Assembly: GCA_965140785.1 (NCBI GenBank)
Contig: OZ223475.1
Span: 235,814-299,813, forward strand
DNA length: 64,000 bases
Source of the DNA: an uncultured Ruficoccus sp.
GTDB taxonomy: Bacteria; Verrucomicrobiota; Verrucomicrobiia; Opitutales; Cerasicoccaceae
Direction of reading: 5' to 3'
Shown here: piece after piece, positions 38,408 to 48,111 of the stretch
How positions within the stretch are numbered: the stretch's first letter is position 1
Layout of the letters: each line of letters opens with the position of its first letter
The notes under the pieces: generated by a model
Seen by the model: only the letters and a program-made list of their open reading frames with translations
What the model was told of the DNA's origin: nothing
The model's database searches: none
Translations under genes and position numbers: made by a program

Positions 38408-39024
38408 GAAATAAGCGGCGGAAAAGGGTTACTGGTGCAGGAGTTGGAAGAAACGCGTATGGATGATAGATCTGCCGCCCCACAAACTTCATGGGCGTGA
38501 TTGGCCCGGGAATGCTGCTCGAATCATGGCAGGGGCATCACCGGAGAGAGTGATTTGAGTCGATGTCTTTTCGGAAGCTAGAGAAAGAAAGTGCCGAAAA
38601 CCGGACGCTGGTAAGCAGACCCGGAAACTTTTGCTCGAGCCACAAAATCATAGCGAATACACTGCGCCATGCCAATATCGACGGCCTTGAAAAATGATGA
38701 ATTTGTGCGCTTTTTCAGTGTCCGAATTTGTCGAATGCCGCACCGGGCTGTTCTGTCCGTCTTACCGATGGCAGTGATCGTTATGTCGGGCACCCACAGT
38801 GCCTAGTGTCCCGAGTTTGACGTTCGCGGCCTATTGATTGCGGGCTTACGCAGCCCGTGCCCGCGGCAGGCATAGCCTGCACTTCCGATGCTTACAGCAT
38901 CGTCTCTGCGATTGCGAGGGTAGCGTATCGCTGCCCTCGCCAATCGCAGAACCAAAGCATCAAAACTGGACCACCCAATTATGCCGAAAACTTACCACTC
39001 GCGACACTAGCGCGGTTTTTCCGG

Positions 39025-40710
39025 TTAATCGAAGTTCTCCTTCGTATCACGCAGCCGGTACTGCAAGGGAGTCAGATGGTAGGCCTTGCGGAAAGCCTGA
39101 ATAAAAGTGCTGGTATGCGCATAGAGAGCCCGCTTCCCAATTTCCTCGACGGAGAGCCGGGTGTTGCGAAGTTCATGGGCGGCGTGGGCTAGTCTGGATT
39201 GGCGCAAGAAGGTGCCAGGCAGGGGAGTTTCCGCCCATTGAGCTTTCAGCTTTCGGCTGAGATAAGAGCGGGAATAACCGACTTCACGCGCATAAGCCGT
39301 GACAGACTTTATACGGCGAAAAAACGAACGCCCGAGAAACTGCCCCAGGTCCGGAGAGGGGAGCGGATGGATTTGTCCATCCTCCAGAAGCTTACGCCAG
39401 CTCAAAAACCATTCGAAGGCGGCCTCCGAACCCTCCAGGGAGAAGCGGCTGCGGCGGGGGTGCCAAAACCGGACCCATTTACGGGCTAGTGCCACCGGCC
39501 TGGAATGTGTCGGAATCGAAACCATCCAGCCGTGTTCTGAGACGAAAGCCGCGAGGGTATCCATAGCCCAACTGCCGCGGAGTTTTAACCAGACCCTTCG
39601 CCATTGGCCTTGCTTGGGGGTCACCCATTGGGCATTGATCGGTTGGGGATAAATCAGGACAGTGCCCGGTGTCAGTTTCAGTTGCTGGTTGCCCACTTCG
39701 AATATAGCGCTACCCTTCAGGGTGTAGACCCACTGCAGCGCGTCGGAGACCGTGTTGATCATCAGCTTGAAAGGTGTCTCGAAGAGGCTGGCAGTTTCAC
39801 CTCCGTCGAAGTGGTAATACGGTGCGTTCGGGATAATCGCCGTTCGTTCTCCAATACCGACCTCATCGGAAGAGACCGGCAAACGTGGCTTGGCCGTCGC
39901 CGGGCGGTTGGCGTCCAGGGCAGAAAGGGTGGGGGAAGCAGGCAAACTCTGCAGCCGGCTGGGAGACTCTCCAAAGCGCTTTTTAAAGGCGGCGCTGAAT
40001 GCCGAGGCTGAAGCATAACCGCACTGGGGGGCTATGTCGCGCAGCAGCAGCCGGTTGGTCCGCATCAGCCTGAGCGCATTCACCCAGCGGGCCTCCTGGA
40101 GCAACGCGGCGGCTGGCATACCCCAAGTATGGCGAAGGCCTCCGGCCAGGTGAGACGGGCTGCAATTAAAATGGACGGCCAAAGCTGTCAGGGAAAACCC
40201 GTGTTCGGAAGCCACGGCAATCAACGTGTCGGCCGGGGCTGTCAGAAAGTCGGCCAGTTTACTCCGGTGTGCTTCACCACTGCGATGGCTGGTCGTAAAC
40301 CAACGGAACACGGCTCGCTCCACCTGTTCGGGAGCGGCATTCGATGCGTGGGTGAACGTCCTGAGCAGGGCAGTCATGCGCCGCGGACGGGTGCTTGGAA
40401 TGTATGGGCCGAACCGCTCGATCAAGAAGCTTACGTATTCATGCGCGCGTTTTCCGGTAAAACGCAACTCCAGTAATTCCCAGTCGCTGGCGGCGTCCAG
40501 CCCGGACGCCTCGACTGTCTCTGTGCCATTGAGGTAAAAGACCGTGCCGGGCTTGAGCAAGAACCGGCGACTGAAAAGAGTGATTCGAAGGGTGCCTTGA
40601 GTGCTGACCAGACTACGGGGGGCCTTGTCCTGGAGATTCAGGGAAAAGGGCTTCTGACGGCGTTTTACGTCGGCCAACCCGAACAGCGCCATTGCGTTAT
40701 GTGAACTCAT
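39025..40710 (-). CDS. Tandem (double) AraC-family regulator
   Basis: Two AraC HTH signatures (DIAPQCGYASASAFSAAFKKRFGESP; EEIGKRALYAHTSTFIQAFRKAYHLTP), each preceded by a cupin-like sensor region. Confidence 0.8.
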   Translation of the reverse strand: MSSHNAMALFGLADVKRRQKPFSLNLQDKAPRSLVSTQGTLRITLFSRRFLLKPGTVFYLNGTETVEASGLDAASDWELLELRFTGKRAHEYVSFLIERFGPYIPSTRPRRMTALLRTFTHASNAAPEQVERAVFRWFTTSHRSGEAHRSKLADFLTAPADTLIAVASEHGFSLTALAVHFNCSPSHLAGGLRHTWGMPAAALLQEARWVNALRLMRTNRLLLRDIAPQCGYASASAFSAAFKKRFGESPSRLQSLPASPTLSALDANRPATAKPRLPVSSDEVGIGERTAIIPNAPYYHFDGGETASLFETPFKLMINTVSDALQWVYTLKGSAIFEVGNQQLKLTPGTVLIYPQPINAQWVTPKQGQWRRVWLKLRGSWAMDTLAAFVSEHGWMVSIPTHSRPVALARKWVRFWHPRRSRFSLEGSEAAFEWFLSWRKLLEDGQIHPLPSPDLGQFLGRSFFRRIKSVTAYAREVGYSRSYLSRKLKAQWAETPLPGTFLRQSRLAHAAHELRNTRLSVEEIGKRALYAHTSTFIQAFRKAYHLTPLQYRLRDTKENFD

Positions 40711-40810
40711 GTCCTCGGTCGAAATTATTGCGACCCTTTTGAAATAACCCTTCAACTTGCAAATGCGAATCCAAAAGTAACACTTTCCTAACTTTTGAAG
40801 GAGTTCGATG

Positions 40811-40839
40811 TTGAGTGTAGTATGCCGACAAGCTATAAT
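40811..40839 (+). promoter_or_regulatory. Sigma70-type promoter TTGAGT-N17-TATAAT
   Basis: -35 at 40811-40816, 17-nt spacer, perfect -10 at 40834-40839; the ATG starts 7 nt later. Confidence 0.7.
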
Positions 40840-40846
40840 CAAGCCC

Positions 40847-42796
40847 ATGAAAGTACCCTATTACCTCCTGATTGCACTTCTGTTATCCTTGTTCCTCCCG
40901 ATGGGTTCCCCGCTCCATGCACAGTCTGTATTCGACATATCCGGTAGCGGCGGAAAATTTGATGTGTCTGGCAGTTGGATTGTTATTTCCGGCACGGACA
41001 CGGTTCCGGACGCGACAAGTGACGTCACGATCATGGGGACCGATGGCGTGACAGCTGACGCCTCCATTACGGTCAATGACTACACGAGTGATTCGCTCGC
41101 CAATCTCGTTTACGGAACGGCTTCTGCTGGCACCGATATTGACCGCACGATTATTTTTCGTGGAACCGCCAGCGCAGATCGTTTGCTGGCCATCGGCGGA
41201 GACGTGACAAAGTATGACAGCGGCCTGCTGGTCTTCCGCAACAACGTCAGTACTAATACCTCTTTGCTCAACGTCACTGTCGCCGGTAACGTTACCGTGC
41301 ATGATGGCGAGCTTGCCTTCGGGAGTAACAATCACGGTTTAAATTCAATTGCGGTCAGTGGTACGACCACGCTTCATGGCGGCGAGTTGAGCCTGTGTCT
41401 GAATACCGACGCGAATCTGGGTGCGCTGGTGGTGAACGGCGGCGCTTTGAATCTGAACTACGCGGAGTTGTCTGGCGGTAACAAGAACCGGACCATCAAC
41501 GTGAGAAACCTCAACGGTACCGGTGGTACCATCACGGAGGATAGCACCGGGACAGCTGCGGTTTACACCCTGGCGATCACCGGTGACGATGCGGCGGATT
41601 ACTCGGGTACGATCACCAACGGAACCGGCACCGGGACGGTCGCTTTGCTCAAGTCCGGCAGCGGGCAGCAGGTGCTCTCTGGTGAAAACACTTATGCCGG
41701 AGGCACCACTGTGACGTCGGGCTCCTTGCTGGTGAGTAACACCAGTGGCAGCGGTGTCGGCACTGGCGCGGTGCTGGTGCAAGATGGCGGCACCTTCGGC
41801 GGGAGTGGCAGGGTCCGCCTTGGTGAGGCCAACAGCATAACGGTCGAGGCCGGGGGATGGATCGCAGCCGGTGGAGAGGGCTCGCCGCTGGTGCTGGATG
41901 GAGGCGATTCGACCGAAAGCATTCTGATCATGGAGGAAAATGCCGGGTTTACTTTTGACCTCAGCGGTGAAGCTCCCCTGGTCGAGTTTTGGAACTATGA
42001 GGACAACACGGATTTTGTGCTGAATGACAATGTCATCGACTTTATCAACGCCGAGGAGGGTGTGTATACGCTTTTCGCCTTCTACTCTGATGACGGTTCG
42101 ACCCTTGCCGAGAGCAACGTTGCCTCGGGCCTCGTTCTGGGGTCAGGACTGGAAGGCTATGATGTCGATCTTGTATACGGCGAGAATACCATAACGTTGA
42201 CATTGGCCGCTGTCCCTGAGCCTGGGGCGTTCGCGATGCTTCTCGGGGCCGGAACCATGGGCGCAACCTTGGTCTGGAGGCGCAGAAGGAAGCAAACGGC
42301 GGTAACAAAGACGGCGTTCTTGCGGAAAGTCTTACCAGTTATGGTGCTGATCCTGGGAATCCCCCTGACCGGCAAGGCGGACCCCACAATCGGGAATGCG
42401 AGTTTTGAAAACGGCTTGGAGGGGTGGAATCCCAAGGGCCAGACCGTGGAGGTTCATTCCGGCGACGCCGCCGACGGTGAAAAAACGGCCTACCTTAATT
42501 TCACGGGCAAGAACAGCCTCGTGAAGATGCTAACAAAAATCGACGGACTGGAAGAGGGCAAAACCTACAAACTGAGCTTCCAGTCGCGGGGGGCAACAGC
42601 CGAAGACCTTCGGGTGGTTCTGCGCAATCTCGAGACCAACAAATACATTACCTCCCGCAAGGCCGTCACGGGTCCGGCGTGGGAGGAAACGACGATGGAG
42701 TTCAAGGCACCCGCGGCTCAAGTGGGGCTGGAGATCAGAATAGCATCACCCGGGGTGTGCGAATTCGACCACTTCCAAATCAGCCCGGCCAATTAA
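40847..42796 (+). CDS. PEP-CTERM protein with an autotransporter-associated beta-strand repeat, continuing in frame into a second signal peptide and a CBM4/9-like carbohydrate-binding domain
   Basis: LLKSGSGQQVLSGENTYAGGTTVTSGSL; VPEP-TM-RRRRK at 42212-42292; then LRKVLPVMVLILGIPLTGKA-DPTIGNASFENGLEGW...GKTYKLSF...FDHFQI. May be two genes. Confidence 0.75.
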   Translation: MKVPYYLLIALLLSLFLPMGSPLHAQSVFDISGSGGKFDVSGSWIVISGTDTVPDATSDVTIMGTDGVTADASITVNDYTSDSLANLVYGTASAGTDIDRTIIFRGTASADRLLAIGGDVTKYDSGLLVFRNNVSTNTSLLNVTVAGNVTVHDGELAFGSNNHGLNSIAVSGTTTLHGGELSLCLNTDANLGALVVNGGALNLNYAELSGGNKNRTINVRNLNGTGGTITEDSTGTAAVYTLAITGDDAADYSGTITNGTGTGTVALLKSGSGQQVLSGENTYAGGTTVTSGSLLVSNTSGSGVGTGAVLVQDGGTFGGSGRVRLGEANSITVEAGGWIAAGGEGSPLVLDGGDSTESILIMEENAGFTFDLSGEAPLVEFWNYEDNTDFVLNDNVIDFINAEEGVYTLFAFYSDDGSTLAESNVASGLVLGSGLEGYDVDLVYGENTITLTLAAVPEPGAFAMLLGAGTMGATLVWRRRRKQTAVTKTAFLRKVLPVMVLILGIPLTGKADPTIGNASFENGLEGWNPKGQTVEVHSGDAADGEKTAYLNFTGKNSLVKMLTKIDGLEEGKTYKLSFQSRGATAEDLRVVLRNLETNKYITSRKAVTGPAWEETTMEFKAPAAQVGLEIRIASPGVCEFDHFQISPAN

Positions 42797-42814
42797 CGTC
42801 GATCTTTAACAGCG

Positions 42815-43456
42815 ATGACTTACCCCCCTACGTGCCGCCGGCGAATCGCCTGGATGGGTTTTTCGTTAGTGGAATTGCTCGTTGTCCTCGCTGTGCTCGG
42901 CGTTGTGGCGTCCCTGTTTTTTCCCGCCCTCAGAAAAGTCCATGCCCGGGCCAATCAGTCTGCCTGTGCGGCGAATCTGCGCCAGATCGGGACGGCTGTG
43001 CTCCTCTATGCCGGGGATAACCATGGCCAACTGCCCGGGCCCCTTTACAACGGTCAGGGCAAGAGCGGAGGCGGACAACTGGTAACCTTTCTGGAGCCTT
43101 ATCTGAATGTCGCACCGGGTGACGAAGCAGGGGACTTGTTCGAGTGCCCAGCCTGGGTCGAGGCCGCCGAAGGTCGTGAGGAACTCCGGCGTCCTTACTA
43201 CATGCTGCCCATCATATGGACGGATGGCTCCCTTATCCGACCTTTTGGTTATCCCTCACAAAATGACCCGCTTCGTCTCCAGCAAATCCCCGACCTTTCC
43301 GCGGTGCAGGCGATCATTGATTTTGACCGGGGCGTCAGTAGCTCGAGTTCGGCGATTGAGGAACCGGTCCACGATTCAAGCCGCAACGTTCTCTTTTTCG
43401 ATGGCCACGTCGATACCATTCCCGTGTCGGAATGGACGTTTCCCAGACCCAGATAA
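42815..43456 (+). CDS. Prepilin-type N-terminal cleavage/methylation protein with an H-X9-DG domain
   Basis: G/FSLVELLVVLAVLGVVASLFFPA, CAANLRQIG, and an exact H-X9-DG (HDSSRNVLFFDGHV). Confidence 0.92.
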   Translation: MTYPPTCRRRIAWMGFSLVELLVVLAVLGVVASLFFPALRKVHARANQSACAANLRQIGTAVLLYAGDNHGQLPGPLYNGQGKSGGGQLVTFLEPYLNVAPGDEAGDLFECPAWVEAAEGREELRRPYYMLPIIWTDGSLIRPFGYPSQNDPLRLQQIPDLSAVQAIIDFDRGVSSSSSAIEEPVHDSSRNVLFFDGHVDTIPVSEWTFPRPR

Positions 43457-43654
43457 ATAGCGAGCGCATGTCACCGACTCCGTACCTTCTGCTGCCACTT
43501 GGGCATGTTTTCAACCGACCTGCGTTCAAGCTCCGGCGCCTCTCCATCTCTCCTTTGGGGAAGGGGATACTACCTCGTTTAATGGATGTCTAGCTAACAT
43601 CCGTTTCTTATCTTTTCAGGGATCCTTTCCTTTCACATTACCGATATATTTTTG

Positions 43655-45403
43655 ATGACTAAGCATTGTTTTGTTTTTTGCGTCCTGCTGTTCAGCTTGC
43701 AAGTTCCCGAGCTTGCGGCGACGGTATACTCGGTGGCTCCCGGACCGGCGGAGGCGATTTCCGAGGCCTTCGCCAAGGCTAAGCCCGGTGACACCATCCA
43801 GCTTTTGCCGGGCGTCTATACCGGCACGGTAGAGGTGAGCGTATCCGGTGCGCCTGATCAGCCCATTATACTCTCGGGGCTGGACTGGGGGGAGGAGGAG
43901 AAAGCGGTCATTGACGCCGGGGGCGGCCCCGCCCGGAAGGCGGACTACCCGGCCATCCGTTTTCGAGATGCCCACTGGATTACCGTTCAGGATATCGAAG
44001 TCGTCAATGCCTGGTCCGACGTTTTCCAGATTAAGGATTCCAGCTATATATCGATCCGTGGCTGCGATGTCGCGGGCGGAACGACGGTGGTCGCCGCGCA
44101 CGGCACCGGTTCCCACCATATTCTGGCCGAAGATTGTACATGGGAGCAGGAGAAAGGCGCGTATCTGGATTTGGATTGGGCCGAGATGCACCATGGCGAT
44201 CTCGTCTACCTGAATGGTGGCTTTTACGGGGGCACGGACAGTGCAGGCGGTGCTGTCATCCGCTACAATGACATCGGATACGCCTTCAACGGCCTGCGCT
44301 GGTGGCTGAACGACGCGGCGACCCAGGCCCGGCAGGCGCAGAGCAATATTGAAATTTATGATAATTATTTTCATCACGTGCGCGACAACATGATCGAACC
44401 CGAGCGGTTCACCTGGAACCTGCATGTTTACCACAACCGACTTAACTCATGTGCCAAGGGCGCGGTTTCCATCGACGGGGTTACCGGAGGCGAGATATTC
44501 TTCTACGGCAACACAGGGCTTTGGGCGCGGGATGGGGCTGATGATTATCGTCCCTGGACGGTCTATAAATTCAACGATTATGAGCGGAAACCCCATTTGG
44601 ACTACCCGTTCTACATCTTCAATAATAGCTGGTCCTATGCGACGGCGTTTGTCCGGGGCTCCAAGATGCGCAAGGCCAACGATCATCTCCGGCACTTTAA
44701 CAATGCCTATGTCTTTGTGGAGGAAGGCTATCACTTCGGCCTGGTGGATTGGGCCGGGCAGGACTGCCAGTTCGATTACGACATGGCCGCCGCGCCCTGG
44801 GATCAAGATGTAGTGGACGCCGGATACGAAGAGCACGGGTTTCCCGATACCAACCCGGGTTTTCAGTCGGTGGAGGCGGACGACTTCCGCCTGGCAGCCG
44901 AGAGCCCGGCCCGCGATAAGGGTACGGTGATCGACGACTTCCACCTGTGGTATCTGGGAGACGGCCCGGACATCGGCGCCTATGAGGGGGAGCAGCGGGT
45001 CTACGGATTACCCTTCGTCTATCGTGAACCGCCCGGAGGCGGGCTCTATCAGGAAATGCCACGCATCGTTCGTGTATTCGAGTATGGTAATAAACTGGTC
45101 GCCTTTTTTTCCTCCCCCCTCGACCCAGAAACGTTGACACCGGAGCGTATCCTGCTCAAGGCCGGTGATGAGGCGCTCACGATCCTTTCGGCAGAAATTC
45201 CCGCCGAAGATTATCCACAGGCAGTGGTGCTGACATTGGACGAGATACCGGCAGCGCGCGAAGTCGAGTTTCAATTCGATCCGGCGCTGCTTGGCGCCAA
45301 CGGCCAGCCGGTCACGACATGGGCGGGCGATACCCGCCTGGTGCAGATTCCTCCGGAGGCCACGCTTGTCGGTCCTATGAAGGCGATACTGGAGCAAAAC
45401 TGA
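43655..45403 (+). CDS. Secreted right-handed beta-helix protein (polysaccharide-lyase-like fold) with a C-terminal Ig-like domain
   Basis: Signal peptide, AKPGDTIQLLPGVY, IRYNDI, IYDNYFHHVRDNMIE, VYHNRL, DFRLAAESPARDKG, PDIGAYE. Confidence 0.8.
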   Translation: MTKHCFVFCVLLFSLQVPELAATVYSVAPGPAEAISEAFAKAKPGDTIQLLPGVYTGTVEVSVSGAPDQPIILSGLDWGEEEKAVIDAGGGPARKADYPAIRFRDAHWITVQDIEVVNAWSDVFQIKDSSYISIRGCDVAGGTTVVAAHGTGSHHILAEDCTWEQEKGAYLDLDWAEMHHGDLVYLNGGFYGGTDSAGGAVIRYNDIGYAFNGLRWWLNDAATQARQAQSNIEIYDNYFHHVRDNMIEPERFTWNLHVYHNRLNSCAKGAVSIDGVTGGEIFFYGNTGLWARDGADDYRPWTVYKFNDYERKPHLDYPFYIFNNSWSYATAFVRGSKMRKANDHLRHFNNAYVFVEEGYHFGLVDWAGQDCQFDYDMAAAPWDQDVVDAGYEEHGFPDTNPGFQSVEADDFRLAAESPARDKGTVIDDFHLWYLGDGPDIGAYEGEQRVYGLPFVYREPPGGGLYQEMPRIVRVFEYGNKLVAFFSSPLDPETLTPERILLKAGDEALTILSAEIPAEDYPQAVVLTLDEIPAAREVEFQFDPALLGANGQPVTTWAGDTRLVQIPPEATLVGPMKAILEQN

Positions 45404-45410
45404 CTCTACG

Positions 45411-46748
45411 ATGATTATGGAAACACCAACGAACAGGCAGAAATCGCATACGATGACATCTCCCTCTGTGGACGAACCCGAGCGCCGGACCCCGGTGGTC
45501 GGAGAGTATGATGTGATCGTGGCCGGAGGAGGTCCGGCTGGCTTGGCAGCGGCTGTGGCAGCTGCGCGGCTTGGGGCAAAAACGAAGTTGATTGAACAGG
45601 CTGGATGCCTGGGGGGAGTCTGGACCTCTGGCCTGTTGAGCTGGGTGCTGGACTCCGAGAACAAGACCGGCCTGATGGCGCAGATCCGTCGCACACTCAG
45701 CGATCATGGGCAGGCGCGATTCAAGAACCGCGGATTTACCTATGATCCGGAGCACATGAAAGCTTTCGTAGAGGCGCTTTGCCTGAGCACCGGCGTTGAT
45801 ATCCGATTGCATACGCAGATCTGCGACGTGATCAGCAACGACCAAGGCGCTCTGGATGCCGTGATTACGGAATCGAAGTCCGGTCGCGAAGCCTGGCGGG
45901 CGCAGGTTTTCATCGACGCCACGGGCGACGGTGATCTCGGCGCACGGGCAGGCTGCTCTTTTGAGGTGGGGCGGCCGGGAACCGGCGAAGTCCAGCCGAT
46001 GACCTTGGTGGCGCTTGTTTGCGGTGTGCCGCCCGAAGCGATCCGTCCTTTTATCGGAGGGGGGAGCAAGCCCGCCAAAGCGGCGCTGTTCGAGGAATTT
46101 CGTCGGGCGGGGATCACGCCCAGCTATGCTTCGCCTACCTTGTTTTATATCCGGGACGATCTGTATGCGCTTTCCGCCAACCACGAGTATGGCGTCCAAG
46201 CCATGGATGCGGACGGGATTACCCGAGCCACCCTGCACGCCCGTGAAGAGCTTAACCAACTGGTGGCAGCCTTGCAGAAATTGGGTGGTCCGTGGACCGG
46301 CCTGCGCCTGCTGGCCACCGCCCCGCAAATCGGCGTGCGGGAAGGCAGACGTCTCAAGGGCCTCTATACGATTACCGGCGATGACATCGTGGCGGGGCAA
46401 CGTCATGATGACGCGATCTGCGAGTGTGGTTTTGGCATCGATGTGCACTCCACCAATCCATCAACCTCGGCTGATTACAGCACCGAGAACAAAACGCCGG
46501 CGAAGCCCTATGACATTCCCTTGCGCGCTCTGATTGCCGCCGATGTGGATCGGTTGTTGCTGGCGGGGAGGTGCATCAGCGGGGATTTTCTCGCCCATGC
46601 CAGCTACCGGGTAACAGGCAATGCCATTGCCATGGGAGAGGCGGCCGGTGTTCTCGCCGCTGTTGCTACCCGCCGGGGAACCTCCCCGCGAGAGGTACCA
46701 TGGAAGGAGTTCATGGGGGCTCGCGACGAGCTTTTAACCACGGCCTGA
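45411..46748 (+). CDS. FAD-dependent oxidoreductase (FAD_oxidored family)
   Basis: DVIVAGGGPAG, FIDATGDGD, GVREGRR, YDIPLRAL, LLAGRCIS, RV...MGEAAG. Confidence 0.88.
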   Translation: MIMETPTNRQKSHTMTSPSVDEPERRTPVVGEYDVIVAGGGPAGLAAAVAAARLGAKTKLIEQAGCLGGVWTSGLLSWVLDSENKTGLMAQIRRTLSDHGQARFKNRGFTYDPEHMKAFVEALCLSTGVDIRLHTQICDVISNDQGALDAVITESKSGREAWRAQVFIDATGDGDLGARAGCSFEVGRPGTGEVQPMTLVALVCGVPPEAIRPFIGGGSKPAKAALFEEFRRAGITPSYASPTLFYIRDDLYALSANHEYGVQAMDADGITRATLHAREELNQLVAALQKLGGPWTGLRLLATAPQIGVREGRRLKGLYTITGDDIVAGQRHDDAICECGFGIDVHSTNPSTSADYSTENKTPAKPYDIPLRALIAADVDRLLLAGRCISGDFLAHASYRVTGNAIAMGEAAGVLAAVATRRGTSPREVPWKEFMGARDELLTTA

Positions 46749-46792
46749 GTATCAACGGCAGGCTTGTCATTTTTACCCGTATCAAATAATCG

Positions 46793-48040
46793 ATGAAATC
46801 TCCACAGAGGGTTGCCGTCGCCGGAATCGGCGGATTCAGCACCAGTCACCATCACGCACTGCGCGAATTGGAGGCCGAGGGTGTCGTTCAGGTCGTAGCG
46901 GCCTGCGACCCCCGCCATCACCAGCTCGAGGATCGCAAGGCACTTCTGGATTTTTCCGGACGAAACGTAGCCGTTTTTGAAGATTTTCACGAAATGCTGG
47001 ACAGCGGCGCTTACGATTGGATCTCATTGGCAACGCCCATCTCCCTGCACGCTTCCATGCATGCTTCCTGTGTCGAACGCCAGCTGCCATGCTACCTGGA
47101 GAAACCGCCTACGCTCGACCCCTGTGAATTGGAAAAGATGATAGCCACGGACGCGGGGGCCAGCCGGCAAACTCAGGTCGGGTTCAACTATGTGTATGAG
47201 CCCGAGCGCTTACAGCTTAAGAAGCGCTTGCTCGCCGGCGAATTCGGAGCGCTGCGCGAGATCAGTTTCCGGGGCGCGTGGCGGCGTGCTCAGGCCTACT
47301 ACCGGCGCAACGACTGGGCGGGCCGTCTGCAACACCGTGACACGCTGCTGCTGGATTCCTGCATGGGCAACGCCATGTCGCACTACGTCCATAACATTCT
47401 GTTCATGGCGGGTGTATCGCGCATGGACTCCTGGGGCCACTGTCGTCGGGTTGAGGCGCAGCTTTTTCGTGCCAATCCGATCGAAAGTGCGGACACGGTC
47501 TTTGTGAGAGGCGAATTGGACGATTCCATCAAAATCCGCCTCGCCCTGACACACGCGTGTGAAGCCGAAAAGGTGATGGTGGAAAGTCTCGTCTGTGATG
47601 ATGCGCTCATCCAGTTAATTCCACAGAAGCGGATCGACATAAAATTCTCAAATGGGATTCATGAAACGATTCAGGTTGCACCTCGCAATTACCTGAAGGA
47701 GAACTTTCGTTTGTTCGGTCAATACGTGGCAGGAAGCACGGAGGGCTTGCTCGGCACACTGGCGCATTGTCGCCCCTTCGTACAGCTCAATGCCCTGGCT
47801 TTCCTTTCAACCGGGAGCATACACGAGGTGATGCAGCCGGTTAGCGAATTCATCGCGCCGGGTAGCTACTGGCGAATCCCGGGGATCGAAGCTCTTCTGG
47901 AAGAGTTTGTGAAGACCGGAGACTTTTCGATACTACATTCTTTGGGGAACCCCTGCGTATCATCCCGCCCAGTGTCTCCGACGGAGCTGGTTCAGCTTCG
48001 AGAGGCAATCTCTGGGATTTCGCAATTGGTGGCCGACTGA
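46793..48040 (+). CDS. Gfo/Idh/MocA oxidoreductase, same subfamily as 14490-15701
   Basis: VAGIGGF, YLEKPP, YYRRNDWAG, DSCMGNAMSHY. Confidence 0.85.
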   Translation: MKSPQRVAVAGIGGFSTSHHHALRELEAEGVVQVVAACDPRHHQLEDRKALLDFSGRNVAVFEDFHEMLDSGAYDWISLATPISLHASMHASCVERQLPCYLEKPPTLDPCELEKMIATDAGASRQTQVGFNYVYEPERLQLKKRLLAGEFGALREISFRGAWRRAQAYYRRNDWAGRLQHRDTLLLDSCMGNAMSHYVHNILFMAGVSRMDSWGHCRRVEAQLFRANPIESADTVFVRGELDDSIKIRLALTHACEAEKVMVESLVCDDALIQLIPQKRIDIKFSNGIHETIQVAPRNYLKENFRLFGQYVAGSTEGLLGTLAHCRPFVQLNALAFLSTGSIHEVMQPVSEFIAPGSYWRIPGIEALLEEFVKTGDFSILHSLGNPCVSSRPVSPTELVQLREAISGISQLVAD

Positions 48041-48111
48041 CAACGATTCTAGTCCTGGTCTCCTTCCCATAACGGTGAGGGATTCTCCGATTACATGAAC
48101 CACAGAGCACA

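Noticed and set aside
36960..38492. 510-aa minus-strand ORF overlapping the MFS gene
   Set aside because: Alternate frame of the transporter; Arg/Pro-rich, non-protein-like composition.
38410..39024. ~600-nt intergenic region with short ORFs
   Set aside because: No convincing coding signal, RNA structure or repeat recognised; an sRNA or gene remnant cannot be excluded.
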